DNA of 64,000 bases, from NCBI GenBank assembly GCA_964035575.1, contig OZ037839.1:248001-312000 (forward strand), in the 5' to 3' direction. Position 1 is the stretch's first letter; every line of letters begins with the position of its first letter. A model generated the notes under the pieces. That model searched no databases and had not been told where the DNA came from. It saw only the letters and a program-made list of their open reading frames with translations. This document shows positions 46,901 through 61,900 of the stretch, piece after piece. Position numbers and translations under genes: made by a program. Source of the DNA: Rhynchopus sp. YZ270_cl-10. Taxonomy: Eukaryota.

Positions 46901-49900
46901 ATGTCAGCGGCAATGTCCTCAGCTGCAACAGCCCTCGTTTCAGCAGCTGCCAACTTCATGCGCACTTCCGACAACTCAGCTGCCTCAGCATGTTGGTCGT
47001 GCAGTTGCTGCTCAACAGCAGACAGAGCTTCTCCAGCACTCAGAGCACGAAGTCTTGCCAGCTCAGTGTTGCGTGTCTCACTTGCCTCCTCTGCCGCAGC
47101 TGTGTCCTTCTGCAGCGTGTCCACAAGGATGCGCAAGTCAAAGAGTTCACGCAGCTCAGCCTCACTCGTGTGTGCTGTGTCTGAGGAGGGAATGGTGCCG
47201 ACATACTCAGACAGCATGCTTGCAAGCTCCTCCCCTGCTTCGGCATGCAGTAAGCAGATACCCGACATGCACTCCGTCTCAAGGTGCGAAAGTGCACGCT
47301 GCACAGCCAGCTCTTCTGCCCTGTCCACGTGCACAAGCACAGACGACTGCAACACCTGTGCAGCCTCACGGAGCGACTCTCTGTCCAACTGCGACTCAGA
47401 CAGGGACAGCTGCATTGCTGCCAGCTTCGCGCTGTCTCCATGCACTGCTGCAATGGAGGCAAAGTGTGCAGACTCCAGTGTCTGCAGTGAAGACTCGAGC
47501 AGTGTTTCAATCACACGGCGCGCAGTCGTCTCCAGCTCAACAAACATCGGTACAGATGAAGGTGTCTCGCCCGCTGCCTCAAGATCCGACACACGTGCAC
47601 GCAGCTGTTCCCTTTCCTCCTTCATGTCTGCATTCGCAACGACAAGTGCCTCAGCTTCACCACGCACCTCCACAAGCTCGTCTTGTGTTTCCTCCAGATC
47701 CGCATCACGCACAACAAGTGTCTCCTGCGACACACGAAGCTCTTCACGAAGACCAGCAGCGTCAGTATCACCTGATCTCTCCTCCTCAGTAACATGTGCA
47801 AGTTGACCGCGTAGTACAGAAACCTCCTCACGCAACTCAGACACACTACGGTCAGCAGCAGAGAACTTCGACTCAGCAGCATCCAGCTTACTTCTCAGTT
47901 GTACTACTTCCTCACCAGACGTGTGTTGGTCATGCAGCTGCTGCTCCACCGAAGACAGTGCCTCGCCTGCACTCAGACCACGCAAGCGCGACATCTCTGC
48001 ATTGCGTGCCTCTGCAGCAGTCTCAGACTCAACCTTCTCCTTCTGCAACGTGTCCACCAGAATACGCAGGTCAAACAGTTCTTTGCTCACATCTGCCGGA
48101 ACTGCTGGGGTATCGAGTGACTCCTGTTCAGCTGTTATCGGGTGTAGTGTCTCCTCAGTGGCTGCAAGAGCCTCTTGTGCAGACAGCAGCTCTGCACGCA
48201 CCTGCACAGCTTCCTCCTCACGAAGTGCTGCCTTCTTCTGTGCACGTTCCACATCAGACTCCAGGTTGCTGATGCGCTGCTGAAGACCTGCCTGCTCTGC
48301 AACAGCTGCACGGCGAACATCTTCTGCCTCGTCACGTTCACGCAGACTCTCCTCCACACGTGTTTGCATGTCTGTCATCTGTTGCAAGAGTGCCTCACGT
48401 TCTGCTGTTTCTTCAGCACTTGACGTCACAGGAACAGAAGCAGAGGTGGTAATGTCACGCTCCACACGCATGTCAGCGGCAATGTCCTCAGCTGCAACAG
48501 CCCTCGTTTCAGCAGCTGCCAACTTCATGCGCACTTCCGACAACTCAGCTGCCTCAGCATGTTGGTCGTGCAGTTGCTGCTCAACAGCAGACAGAGCTTC
48601 TCCAGCACTCAGAGCACGAAGTCTTGCCAGCTCAGTGTTGCGTGTCTCACTTGCCTCCTCTGCCGCAGCTGTCTCCTTCTGCAGCGTGTCCACAAGGATG
48701 CGCAAGTCAAAGAGTTCACGCAGCTCAGCCTCACTCGTGTGTGCTGTGTCTGAGGAGGGAATGGTGCCGACATACTCAGACAGCATGCTTGCAAGCTCCT
48801 CCCCTGCTTCGGCATGCAGTAAGCAGATACCCGACATGCACTCCGTCTCAAGGTGCGAAAGTGCACGCTGCACAGCCAGCTCTTCTGCCCTGTCCACGTG
48901 CACAAGCACAGACGACTGCAACCCCTGTGCAGCCTCACGGAGCGACTCTCTGTCCAACTGCGACTCAGACAGGGATAGCTGCATTGCTGCCAGCTTCGCG
49001 TTGTCTCCATGCACTGCTGCAATGGAGGCAAAGTGTGCAGACTCCAGTGTCTGCAGTGAAGACTCGAGCAGTGTTTCAATCACACGGCGCGCAGTCGTCT
49101 CCAGCTCAACAAACATCGGTACAGATGAAGGTGTCTCGCCCGCTGCCTCAAGATCCGACACACGTGCACGCAGCTGTTCCCTTTCCTCCTTCATATCTGC
49201 ATTCGCAACGACAAGTGCCTCAGCTTCACCTCGCACCTCCACAAGCTCGTCTTGTGTTGCCTCCAGTTCAGCGTCACCTACAATACCTCGCTCCTGTAAA
49301 ACAACATCGCTGTGTGCAGCAACCTGCTCCAACACCTGCACAGTGTGAAGCTCTTCAGAATGAAGGACGAGAAGAGTGGCAGCTGTCTGTGTCTCAAGTG
49401 AAGCAGACGTGTGCACATCACTGCTCACACGCAGCACACTCTCGGACTCGTGCAACTCCACAGCCACATCTGTAACCACAGGGCAGCTTCTCTGGTGCTC
49501 AGAAGCATTGAGTATGGGTGCACGTTCTGCGGGTGCAGTTGATGCAGCTTCAAACACGTGAAGCTGCACAGGCACAGGCACCAACGCACTGGTGAAGGTT
49601 TGCAGCTCACGAACCTGAAGCTGAATATCCACGTGCAGGTTCTCCGCTTCATCCGTGCTGACTGCCTCAGGTGCGACTGCACGTTCTGCCTCAAGCACGA
49701 CAGCCTGCTCCTTCAGGTCAGCAAGTGCCTGATTCGTTGATACCAACTCACACTGCAGTGCATCAAGCTCCGCCACACGTGCACGCAGCTGTTCCCTTTC
49801 CTCCTTCATGTCTGCATTCGCAACGACAAGTGCCTCAGCTTCACCACGCACCTCCACAAGCTCGTCTTGTGTTTCCTCCAGATCCGCATCACGCACAACA

Positions 49901-52900
49901 AGTGTCTCCTGCGACACACGAAGCTCTTCACGAAGACCAGCAGCGTCAGTATCACCTGATCTCTCCTCCTCAGTAACATGTGCAAGTTGACCGCGTAGTA
50001 CAGAAACCTCCTCACGCAACTCAGACACACTACGGTCAGCAGCAGAGAACTTCGACTCAGCAGCATCCAGCTTACTTCTCAGTTGTACTACTTCCTCACC
50101 AGACGTGTGTTGGTCATGCAGCTGCTGCTCCACCGAAGACAGTGCCTCGCCTGCACTCAGACCACGCAAGCGCGACATCTCTGCATTGCGTGCCTCTGCA
50201 GCAGTCTCAGACTCAACCTTCTCCTTCTGCAACGTGTCCACCAGAATACGCAGGTCAAACAGTTCTTTGCTCACATCTGCCGGAACTGCTGGGGTATCGA
50301 GTGACTCCTGTTCAGCTGTTATCGGGTGTAGTGTCTCCTCAGTGGCTGCAAGAGCCTCTTGTGCAGACAGCAGCTCTGCACGCACCTGCACAGCTTCCTC
50401 CTCACGAAGTGCTGCCTTCTTCTGTGCACGTTCCACATCAGACTCCAGGTTGCTGATGCGCTGCTGAAGACCTGCCTGCTCTGCAACAGCTGCACGGCGA
50501 ACATCTTCTGCCTCGTCACGTTCACGCAGACTCTCCTCCACACGTGTTTGCATGTCTGTCATCTGTTGCAAGAGTGCCTCACGTTCTGCTGTTTCTTCAG
50601 CACTTGACGTCACAGGAACAGAAGCAGAGGTGGCAACATCACATTCCACACGCATGTCAGCGGCAATGTCCTCAGCTGCAACAGCCCTCGTTTCAGCAGC
50701 TGCCAACTTCATGCGGAGTTCCGACAACTCAGCTGCCTCAGCATGTTGGTCGTGCAGTTGCTGCTCAACAGCAGACAGAGCTTCTCCAGCACTCAGAGCA
50801 CGAAGTCTTGCCAGCTCAGTGTTGCGTGTCTCACTTGCCTCCTCTGCCGCAGCTGTCTCCTTCTGCAGCGTGTCCACAAGGATGCGCAAGTCAAAGAGTT
50901 CACGCAGCTCAGCCTCACTCGTGTGTGCTGTGTCTGAGGAGGGAATAGTGCCGACATACTCAGACAGCATGCTTGCAAGCTCCTCCCCTGCTTCGGCATG
51001 CAGTAAGCAGATACCCGACATGCACTCCGTCTCAAGGTGCGAAAGTGCACGTTCCACAGCCAGCTCTTCTGCCCTGTCCACGTGCACAAGCACAGACGAC
51101 TGCAACCCCTGTGCAGCCTCACGGAGCGACTCTCTGTCCAACTGCGACTCAGACAGGGACAGCTGCATTGCTGCCAGCTTCGCGTTGTCTCCATGCACTG
51201 CTGCAATGGAGGCAAAGTGTGCAGACTCCAGTGTCTGCAGTGAAGACTCGAGCAGTGTTTCAATCACACGGCGCGCAGTCGTCTCCAGCTCAACAAACAT
51301 CGGTACAGATGAAGGTGTCTCGCCCGCTGCCTCAAGATCCGACAAACGTGCACGCAGCTGTTCCCTTTCCTCCTTCATGTGTGCATTCGCAACGACAAGT
51401 GCCTCAGCTTCACCACGCACCTCCACAAGCTCGTCTTGTATTGCCTCCAGTTCCGCATCACGCACAACAAGTGTCTCCTGCGACACACGAAGCTCTTCAC
51501 GAAGACCAGCACCATCTGCCTCAACTGACACATCTGCATTGTGTGTTTCAGACACTTCCACAGACATGCAGTGTGCAGTCTCTGAAGCCTCGACAACGGG
51601 ACGCACAGCTTCAGGTGTGAAGACAACCTCCTCCTTACGCAGCAGCACATCTGCTTCGTGTGCCACAAGAGTGTCCAGAACACGAACGTTGCTCTGAGCA
51701 CAGCGACGCAGCTCTGCAGTGTGTGCAGCAGCATCGCTCAGAGTGGCTTCCTGCATGTCTGACGAAAGGCTCCATCGTGCGTTTGATTCCATCAACTCAT
51801 GCAGCTCGAGGTCCTTGTCGGCAAGACTGCGAAGGGCGTCTGCCACTTCCTGTGTCAGGACAGCAACACGTTCGCCATGCAACACAGCTCCTTCACTCAT
51901 CACTGCACACTGTGCGTGGGAAGCAGCCAAGTCCTCCGTCAGGCTCGTCACAGCAGCACGTAATGACACAGCTTCATTTGACAAGTTACTAGAAGTCTGT
52001 CCTGCATGTACTACATCAAGCTCGTGCAGTGCAAGCTGTTCCTGCAACACAATGACGTTCCTGTCGGCTGTCTCCTGCTCTTCTGCTGCAAGTGCATCGC
52101 CACGTGGATGAGCATCGAGAGAAGATAACTTCTCCTGCAGTGCACGCACCTCCAACGAAAGACTGCCTTCACGTCTTCCTGCACGCTCCACATCAGACTC
52201 CATGTTGCTGATGCGCTGCTGAAGACCTGCCTGCTCTGCAACAGCTGCACGGCGCACCTCTTCTGCCTCGTCACGTTCACGTAGGCTCTCCTCCACATGT
52301 GTCTGCATGTCTGTCATCTGCTGTGTGAGTGCTTCACGTTCAGAAGCTTGTTCCAGATTTCTTTGTTCACGTGCTTGCTCCTGGATACGTGCAGCTTCAG
52401 TCATGTCCTCCACACGTGCACGCAGATCCCCAAGTTTAGAAGAAGCATCTTCCACATCTGCACTGTCATCACACTGCACACTAACATCAACACATACGTG
52501 TGTGTCTGCCTGCTGAGGGACGTCTTCAACCCTGGCCAACTGTGCAGACAGTGCTGACACTTCCGTCTGCAGTGTTGCCACCACTTCCTCAGACCTGTGC
52601 AGCTTCTCAGACCACGACTGCTCAACTGCCATTTGTGTTTTGACGGAGGCACGTTCAGCGTTGAGAACAGCTTGTGAGGCTTCTGCGAGTTGCTGGTGTG
52701 ATACCTTTAGCTCACTTTGTAAGACGGAAAGGTCTTCGCGTGCAGTTGAGTCGTCGTTTAGAAGGGGATGAGATGTTGTCGTCTCAGTAACAGATAAGTG
52801 TGTCGGGATAACAGAACGTGTGGTAGTATGTGCAGTCTCTGAAGGCACGAGAGTGGTATGTGTCCTTATGTCAGTGCGTTCTAGATCCGACAAACGTGCA

Positions 52901-55900
52901 CGCAGCTGTTCCCTTTCCTCCTTCATGTCTGCATTCGCAACGACAAGTGCCTCAGCTTCACCACGCACCTCCACAAGCTCGTCTTGTGTTGCGTCCAGTT
53001 CCGCATCACGCACAACAAGTGTCTCCTGCGACACACGAAGCTCTTCACGAAGACCAGCACCATCTGCCTCACCTGACACATCTGCATGGTGTGTTTCAGA
53101 CACTTCCACAGACATGCAGTGTGCAGTCTCGGAAGCCTCGAGAACGGGACGCACAGCTTCAGGTGTGAAGACAACCTCCTCCTTACGCAGCAGCACATCT
53201 GCTTCGTGTGCCACAAGAGTGTCCAGAACACGAACGTTGCTCTGAGCACAGCGACGCAGCTCTGCAGTGTGTGCAGCAGCATCGCTCAGAGTGGCTTCCT
53301 GCATGGCTGACGAAAGGCTCCATCGTGCGTTTGCTTCCATCAACTCATGCAGCTCGATGTCCTTGTCGGCAAGACTGCGAAGGGCGTCTGCCACTTCCTG
53401 TGTCAGGACAGCAACATGTTCTTCGTGCAACACAGCTCCTTCACTCATCACTGCACACTGTGCGTGGGAAGCAGCCAAGTCCTCCGTCAGGCTCGTCACA
53501 GCAGCACGTAACGACACAGCTTCATTTGACAAGTTACGAGAAGTCTGTCCTGCATGTACTACATCAAGCTCGTGCAGTGCCAGCTGTTCCTGCAACACAA
53601 TGACGTTCCTGTCGGCTGTCTCCTGCTCTTCTACTGCAAGTGCATCGCCACGTGGATGAGCATCGAGAGAGGATAACTTCCCCTGCAGTGCACGCACCTC
53701 CAACGAAAGACTGCCTTCACGTCTTCCTGCACGCTCCACATCAGACTCCATGTTGCTGATGCGCTGCTGAAGACCTGCCTGCTCTGCAACAGCTGCACGG
53801 CGCACCTCTTTTGCCTCGTCACGTTCACGCAGGCTCTCCTCCACACGTGTCTGCATGTCTGTCATCTGCTGTGTGAGTGCCTCACGTTCAGAAGCTTGTT
53901 CCATATCTCTCTGTTCACGTGCTTGCTCCTGGATACGTGCAGCTTCAGTCATGTCCTCCACACGTGCACGCAGATCCCCAAGTTTAGAAGAAGCATCTTC
54001 CACATCTGCACTGTCATCACACTGCACACTAACATCAATACATGCGTGCGTGTCTGCCTGCTGAGGGACGTCTTCAACCCTGGCCAGCTGTGCAGACAGT
54101 GCTGACACTTCCGTCTGCAGTGTTGCCACCACTTCCTCAGATCTGTGCAGCTTCTCGGACCACGACTGCTCAACTGCCATTTGCGTTTTGACGGAGGACA
54201 GTTCCACCTTCCGCAACCTGTTGCTCAGATCGGTGACGCTTTCTTCCGATTCAGCAAGCTGCTGCCGCAAAGCAACATCACTGCGTGCAGCAACCTGCTC
54301 CAACACCTGCACAGTGTGAAGCTCTTCAGCATGAAGGTCGACAGGAGTGGCAGCTGTCTGTGTCTCAAGTGACGCAGACGTGTGCACATCACTGCTCACA
54401 CGCAGCACACTCTCAGACTCGTGCAACTCCACAGCCACATCTGCAACAACAGGGCAGCTTGTCTGGTGCTCACAAGCAGTGAGACTTGCACGTTCCTCCT
54501 TTTCTGCTACATGACGTGGTAACGTGGTCTGATGACTGAAGTCGCGCAGCTGTATCTGCATACTCACCGCTGGCACCATGCTCTCCGCTTCCTGCACATG
54601 CAAAGCCTGCTGGGCGTGGCTCTCCGCTTCACGGAAGGAAGGTTTGCTTGAGAAGGTGACAGACGTGCACAACTCCTCTGACGCGATACGCTCACGCGCA
54701 GAACATTCCTCACTGAAGAGGAGCGCTTGCTGAGCGCTGTGCAGGGACTCCACATACGATCCGACAATTGTGCGTAGGGAGGCAACGGCGAGGTCACGTT
54801 CTGCGAGTTGTGCTGTCTTTGTGGCGATGTCGTCGTGCATTTGTGCCTGCTCGTGTGCGGCTATCTCGGACATCATCTGCTGCTCCGCCTTGCCTAGGCA
54901 GAGCTTGTCCACAACATCGCTCTCCTTCGCGGTGCTGCTGCAGGTGGCTGCGAGACTGCCGAGCACCATGAGGCTCGTGTCGGTGAGCTGTGCTCTCGTC
55001 ACCCCCTCGGCCTCTTCCAGGATCGCCTTCAGCACTGTACGCCCGCCGGTCTCGGAATCGGTGACTGTCAGGAGCTGCTCCCGCATCGTGGCAGTGTCCG
55101 CATTCAATGCGACTACTGCCTGCGAGGCATGTGTTGTCGTCGCGATGAGACGTTCGTTCAGAGCATGCACCTCGGCAGCAGCAGCTGTCATCGCCACAGC
55201 ATCAGCATGCAGATGCAGGCACAACGTCCTCAAGGCGTCTGCAGTGGCAAAGTACCCCTCGTTGCTGATGTCCTCGCGCTGTAGGCGCTCGGCTTCGCAA
55301 AGGTGTAGAGATTCAGACAACGTCTGGCGGAAGGATTCTTCGGCAAGTAAAAAGCTGTAGCGTAGTGACTGCTCGTCAGAGAGCAGTGCTGCCTGCTCGG
55401 CATGGTGGAGAGTTTCCACTACCGCACGGCTTGCAGTGCTTGTTTCGTGCGAGAGGGCCTCGTAGCGATGTTCCTGTAGAGTGCTTGCTTGGCGCATTGC
55501 GGTGCAGTGTGCGTGGGAAGCAGCCAAGTCCTCCGTCAGGCTCGTCACAGCAGCACGCACAGACACACGATCTGTCTTGACCTCGTCAAGTTCGCCCTTC
55601 AGCACAGCAATCTCCTGCTCAAGAATGGACACACGTTCAGAAGATATCGACAGTTCTGTCTGCAAGGTACGAGCAGTATATCCTGCATGTAGCACATCAA
55701 GCTCGTGCAGTGCAAGCTGTTCTTGCAACACAATGACGTTCCTGTCGGCTGTCTCCTGCTCTTCTGCTGCAAGTGCATCGCCACGTGGATGAGCATCGAG
55801 AGAGGATAACTTCCCCTGCAGTGCACGCACCTCCAACGAAAGACTGCCTTCACGTCTTCCTGCACGCTCCACATCAGACTCCATGTTGCTGATGCGCTGC

Positions 55901-58900
55901 TGAAGACCTGCCTGCTCTGCAACAGCTGCACGGCGCACCTCTTCTGCCTCGTCACGTTCACGCAGACTCTCCTCCACACGTGTCTGCATGTCTGTCATCT
56001 GCTGCAAGAGTGCCTCACGTTCCGAAGCTTGTTCCAGATTTCTTTGTTCACGTGCTTGCTCCTGGATACGTGCAGCTTCAGTCATGTCCTCCACACGTGC
56101 ACGCAGATCCCCAAGTTTAGAAGAAGCATCTTCCACATCTGCACTGTCATCACACTGCACACTAACATCAACACATGCGTGCGTGTCTGCCTGCTGAGGG
56201 ACGTCTTCAACCCTGGCCAGCTGTGCAGACAGTGCTGACACTTCCGTCTGCAGTGTTGCCACCACTTCCTCAGATCTGTGCAGCTTCTCGGACCACGACT
56301 GCTCAACTGCCATTTGCGTTTTGACGGAGGACAGTTCCACCTTCCGCAACCTGTTGCTCAGATCGGTGACGCTTTCTTCCGACTCAGCAAGCTGCTGCCT
56401 CAAAACAACATCGCTGTGTGCAGCAACCTGCTCCAACACCTGCACAGTGTGAAGCTCTTCAGAATGAAGGTCGACAGGAGTGGCAGCTGTCTGTGTCTCA
56501 AATGAAGCAGACGTGTGCACATCACTGCTCACACGCAGCACACTCTCAGACTCGTGTAACTCCACAGCCACATCCGCAACCACAAGGCAGCTTGTCTGGT
56601 GCTCAGAAGCATTGAGACATGCACGTTCCACCGTTGCTGCTTCCGTCTGCAGCACCAAGTTAGCATGCGATGCCGCTTCAGACACGTGAAGCTGCACAGG
56701 CACCAACGCACTGGCGAAGGTTTGCAGCTCACGAACCTGAAGCTCAACATCCACGTGCAGGTTCTCCGCTTCATCTGTGCTGACTGCCTCAGGTGCGACA
56801 GTACGTTCTGCCTCAAGCACGACAGCCTGCTCCTTCAGGTCAGCAAGTGCCTGATTCGTTGATACCAACTCACACTGCAGTGCGTCAAGATCCACCACAC
56901 GTGCACGCAGCTGTTCCCTTTCCTCCTCCATGTGTGCATTCGCAACGACAAGTGCCTCAGCTTCACCACGCACCTCCACAAGCTCGTCTTGTGTTGCCTC
57001 CAGTTCCGCATCACGCACAACAAGTGTCTCCTGCGACACACGAAGCTCTTCACGAAGACCAGCACCATCTGCCTCACCTGACACATCTGCATGGTGTGTT
57101 TCAGACACTTCCACAGACATGCAGTGTGCAGTCTCTGAAGCCTCGAGAACGGGACGCACAGCTTCAGGTGTGAAGACAACCTCCTCCTTACGCAGCAGCA
57201 CATCTGCTTCGTGTGCCACAAGAGTGTCCAGAACACGAACGTTGCTCTGAGCACAGCGACGCAGCTCTGCAGTGTGTGCAGCAGCATCGCTCAGAGTGGC
57301 TTCCTGCATGGCTGACGAAAGGCTCCATCGTGCGTTTGATTCCATCAACTCATGCAGCTCGATGTCCTTGTCTGCAAGACAGCGAAGGGCGTCTGCCACT
57401 TCCTGCGTCAGGACAGCAACACGTTCGTCGTGCAATGCAGCTCCTTCACTCATCACTGCAGACTGTGCGTGGGAAGCAGCCAAGTCCTCCGTCAGGCTCG
57501 TCACAGCAGCACGTAACGACGCAGCTTCATTTGACAAGTTACGAGAAGTATGTCCTGCATGTACTACATCAAGCTCGTGCAGTGCAAGCTGTTCCTGCAA
57601 CACAATGACGTTCCTGTCGGCTGTCTCCTGCTCTTCTGCTGCAAGTGCATCGCCACGTGGATGAGCATCGAGAGAAGATAACTTCTCCTGCAGTGCACGC
57701 ACCTCCAACGAAAGACTGCCTTCACGTCTTCCTGCACGCTCCACATCAGACTCCATGTTGCTGATGCGCTGCTGAAGACCTGCCTGCTCTGCAACAGCTG
57801 CACGGCGCACCTCTTCTGCCTCGTCACGTTCACGTAGGCTCTCCTCCACACGTGTCTGCAGGTCTGTCATCTGTTGCAAGAGTGCCTCACGTTCCGACGT
57901 GTTCTCTTCTTCCCTCTCAGAATCTCTATCTTGACGTGCCCGCTCCTGTATATGAGCAGCTTCAGTGTGGTGCTGCACGCGTGCACGCAAGTCCTCAAGT
58001 TCTTCTGCATGTGCAGCTTCCGTCAGCTCCACCACACGTGCACGCAGATCCTCAACTTCGCCAGAATAATCCACACCAACAACTGAACTCTGCGAAAACG
58101 TCTCCTGCAAAACAACATCACTGTGTGCAGCAACCTGCTCCAACACCTGCACAGTGTGAAGCTCTTTGGCATGAAGGTCGACAGGAGTGGCAGCTGTCTG
58201 TGTCTCAAGTGAAGCAGATGTGTGCACATCACTGCTCACACGCAGCACACTCTCAGACTCGTGCAACTCCACAGCCACATCTGCAACCACAGGGCAGCTT
58301 GTCTGGTGCTCAGAAGCATTGAGTATGGGTGCACGTTCTGCGGGTGCAGTTGATGCAGCTTCAGACACGTGAAGGTGCACAGGCACTGGCACCAACGCAC
58401 TGGTGAAGGTTTGCAGCTCACGAACCTGAAGCTCAACATCCACGTGCAGGTTCTCTACTTCATCCGTGCTGACTGCCTCAGCTGCGACTGCACGTTCTGC
58501 CTCAAGCACGACAGACTGCTCCTTCAGGTCAGCAAGTGCCTGAGTCGTTGATACAAACTCACACTGCAGTGCGTCAAGCTCCGCCACACGTGCACGCAGC
58601 TGTTCCCTTTCCTCCTTCATGTGTGCATTCGCAACGACAAGTGCCTCAGCTTCACCACGCACCTCCACAAGCTCGTCTTGTGTTGCCTCCAGTTCCGCAT
58701 CACGCACAACAAGTGTCTCCTGCGACACACGAAGCTCTTCACGAAGACCAGCACCATCTGCCTCACCTGAAACATCTGCATGGTGTGTTTCAGACACTTC
58801 CACAGACATGCAGTGTGCAGTCTCGGAAGCCTCGAGAACGGGACGCACAGCTTCAGGTGTGAAGACAACCTCCTCCTTACGCAGCAGCACATCTGCTTCG

Positions 58901-61900
58901 TGTGCCACAAGAGTGTCCAGAACACGAACGTTGCTCTGAGCATAGCGACGCAGCTCTGCAGTGTATGCAGCAGCATCGCTCAGAGTGGCTTCCTGCATGG
59001 CTGACGAAAGGCTCCATCGTGCGTTTGATTCCATCAACTCATGCAGCTCGAGGTCCTTGTCTGCAAGACTGCGAAGAGCGTCTGCCACTTCCTGCGTCAG
59101 GATAGCAACACGTTCGTCGTGCAACGCCGCTCCTTCACTCATCACTGCACACTGTGCGTGGGAAGCAGCCAAGTCCTCCGTCAGGCTCGTCACAGCAGCA
59201 CGCACAGACACACGATCTGTCTCGACGTCGTCAAGTTCGCCCTTCAGCACAGCAATCTCCTGCTCAAGAATGGACACACGTTCAGAAGATGTCGACAGTT
59301 CTGTCTGCAAGGTACGAGCAGTGTGTGCTGCGTGTACCACATCAAGCTCGTGCAGTGCAAGCTGTTCTTGCAACACAATGACGTTCCTGTCGGCTGTCTC
59401 CTGCTCTTCTGCTGCAAGTGCATCGCCACGTGGATGAGCATCGAGAGAAGATAACTTCTCCTGCAGTGCACGCAACTCCAACGAAAGACTGCCTTCACGT
59501 CTTCCTGCACGCTCCACATCAGACTCCATGTTGCTGATGCGCTGCTGAAGACCTGCCTGCTCTGCAACAGCTGCACGGCGCACCTCTTCTGCCTCGTCAC
59601 GTTCACGTAGGCTCTCCTCCACACGTGACTGCATGTCTGTCATCTGTTGCAAGAGTGCCTCACGTTCTGAAGCTTGTACTCTTTCGGCCTCGGAGACCCC
59701 GTCTTGCAGTGCCTGTACCTGTGCTTCTGCAGCTTCCGTCAGCTCCACCACACGTGCACGCAGATCCTCAACTTCGCCAGAATAATCCACACCAACAACT
59801 GAACTCTGCGAGAACGTCTCCTGCAAAACAACATCACTGTGTGCAGCAACCTGCTCCAACACCTGCACAGTGTGAAGCTCTTCAGAATGAAGGTCGACAG
59901 GAGTGGCAGCTGTCTGTGTCTCAAGTGACGCAGACGTGTGCACATCACTGCTCACACGCAGCACACTCTCAGACTCGTGTAACTCCACAGCCACATCTGC
60001 AACAACAGGGCAGCTTGTCTGGTGCTCAGAAGCATTGAGGATAGGTGCACGTTCTGCGGGTGCAGTTGATGCAGCTTCAGACACGTGAAGCTGCACAGGC
60101 ACAGGCACCAACGCACTGGTGAAGGTTTGCAGCTCACGAACCTGAAGCTCAACATCCACGTGCAGGTTCTCCGCTTCATCCGTGCTGACTGCCTCAGGTG
60201 CGACAGTACGTTCTGCCTCAAGCACGACAGCCTGCTCCTTCAGGTCAGCAAGTGCCTGATTCGTTGATACCAACTCACACTGCAGTGCGTCAAGCTCCGC
60301 CACACGTGCACGCAGCTGTTCCCTTTCCTGCTTCATGTCTGCATTCGCAACGACAAGTGCCTCAGCTTCACCACGCACCTCCACAAGCTCGTCTTGTGTT
60401 GCCTCCAGATCCGCATCACGCACAACAAGTGTCTCCTGCGACACACGAAGCTCTTCACGAAGACCAGCACCATCTGCCTCACCTGACACATCTGCATTGT
60501 GTGTTTCAGACACTTCCACAGACATGCAGTGTGCAGTCTCTGAAGCCTCGAGAACGGGACGCACGGCTTCAGGTGTGAAGACAACCTCCTCCTTACGCAG
60601 CAGCACATCTGCTTCGTGTGCCACAAGAGTGTCCAGAACACGAACGTTGCTCTGAGCATAGTGACGCAGCTCTGCAGTGTGTGCAGCAGCATCGCTCAGA
60701 GTGGCTTCCTGCATGGCTGACGAAAGGCTCCAGCGTGCGTTTGATTCCATCAACTCATGCAGCTCGATGTCCTTGTCTGCAAGACTGCGAAGGGCGTCTG
60801 CCACTTCCTGCGTCAGGACAGTAACACGTTCATCCTGCAACGTAGCTGCAGCGCTCATCACTGAACACTGCTGTGCAAGTTCTTCACGTTCTGCCAGCTG
60901 TTCCATATCTCTGTGTTCACGTGCTTGCTCCTGGATACGTGCAGCTTCAGTCATGTCCTCCACACGTGCACGCAGATCCCCAAGTTCAGAAGAAGCATCT
61001 TCCACATCTGCACTGTCATCACACTGCACACTAACATCAATACATGCGTGTGTGTCTGCCTGCTGAGGGACGTCTTCAACCCTGGCCAGCTGTGCAGACA
61101 GTGCTGACACTTCCGTCTGCAGTGTTGCCACCACTTCCTCAGATCTGTGCAGCTTCTCGGACCACGACTGCTCAACTGCCATTTGTGTTTTGACGGAGGC
61201 ACGTTCAGCGTTGAGAACAGCTTGTGAGGCTTCTGCGAGTTGCTGGTGTGAAGCTTCAAGCTGACATTGTAAGACGGAAAGCTCTTCGCGTGCAGTTGAG
61301 TCGTCGTTAAGAAGGGGATGAGATGTTGTCGTCTCAGTAACAGATAAGACTGGCTTTGATGCAGACACTTCCACAGACATGCAGTGTGCAGTCTCGGAAG
61401 CCTCGAGAACGGGACGCACAGCTTCAGGTGTGAAGACAACCTCCTCCTTACGCAGCAGCACATCTGCTTCGTGTGCCACAAGAGTGTCCAGAACACGAAC
61501 GTTTGAAGAGTAGTTGTGTACGGCGTTCACTGTCGCAAGCTCAGAAACGGACAACACCACCGGCACACCCTGCTTGGCCAATTGCTGTTTGAGATCTGCA
61601 ATGCTGTCATTGAGCGTACGGATGACGCCACGGAGGTGCCCCTCCCTGGTGCCCAGGTCTGCAATGTCGCGCTTGTTCGTTCCCTCCGACGTTTGCAGAC
61701 GCACCGCGAAGCCTTCTGCGTCGGAGCGTGCAGACATACGCAGTGAGGCGGCCTCGCTGTGCAGCCTCTCAACTGCGTCGCGAAGAAGACTGTTCTGCAC
61801 CTCACTACGGCACAGCGCCTCGGCATGCGCTGCTGCAACACGCTGCACAGCCTCCGCCTCTTGGCACCGGTGGACATCAGACACACACGACCTGGCTGCT

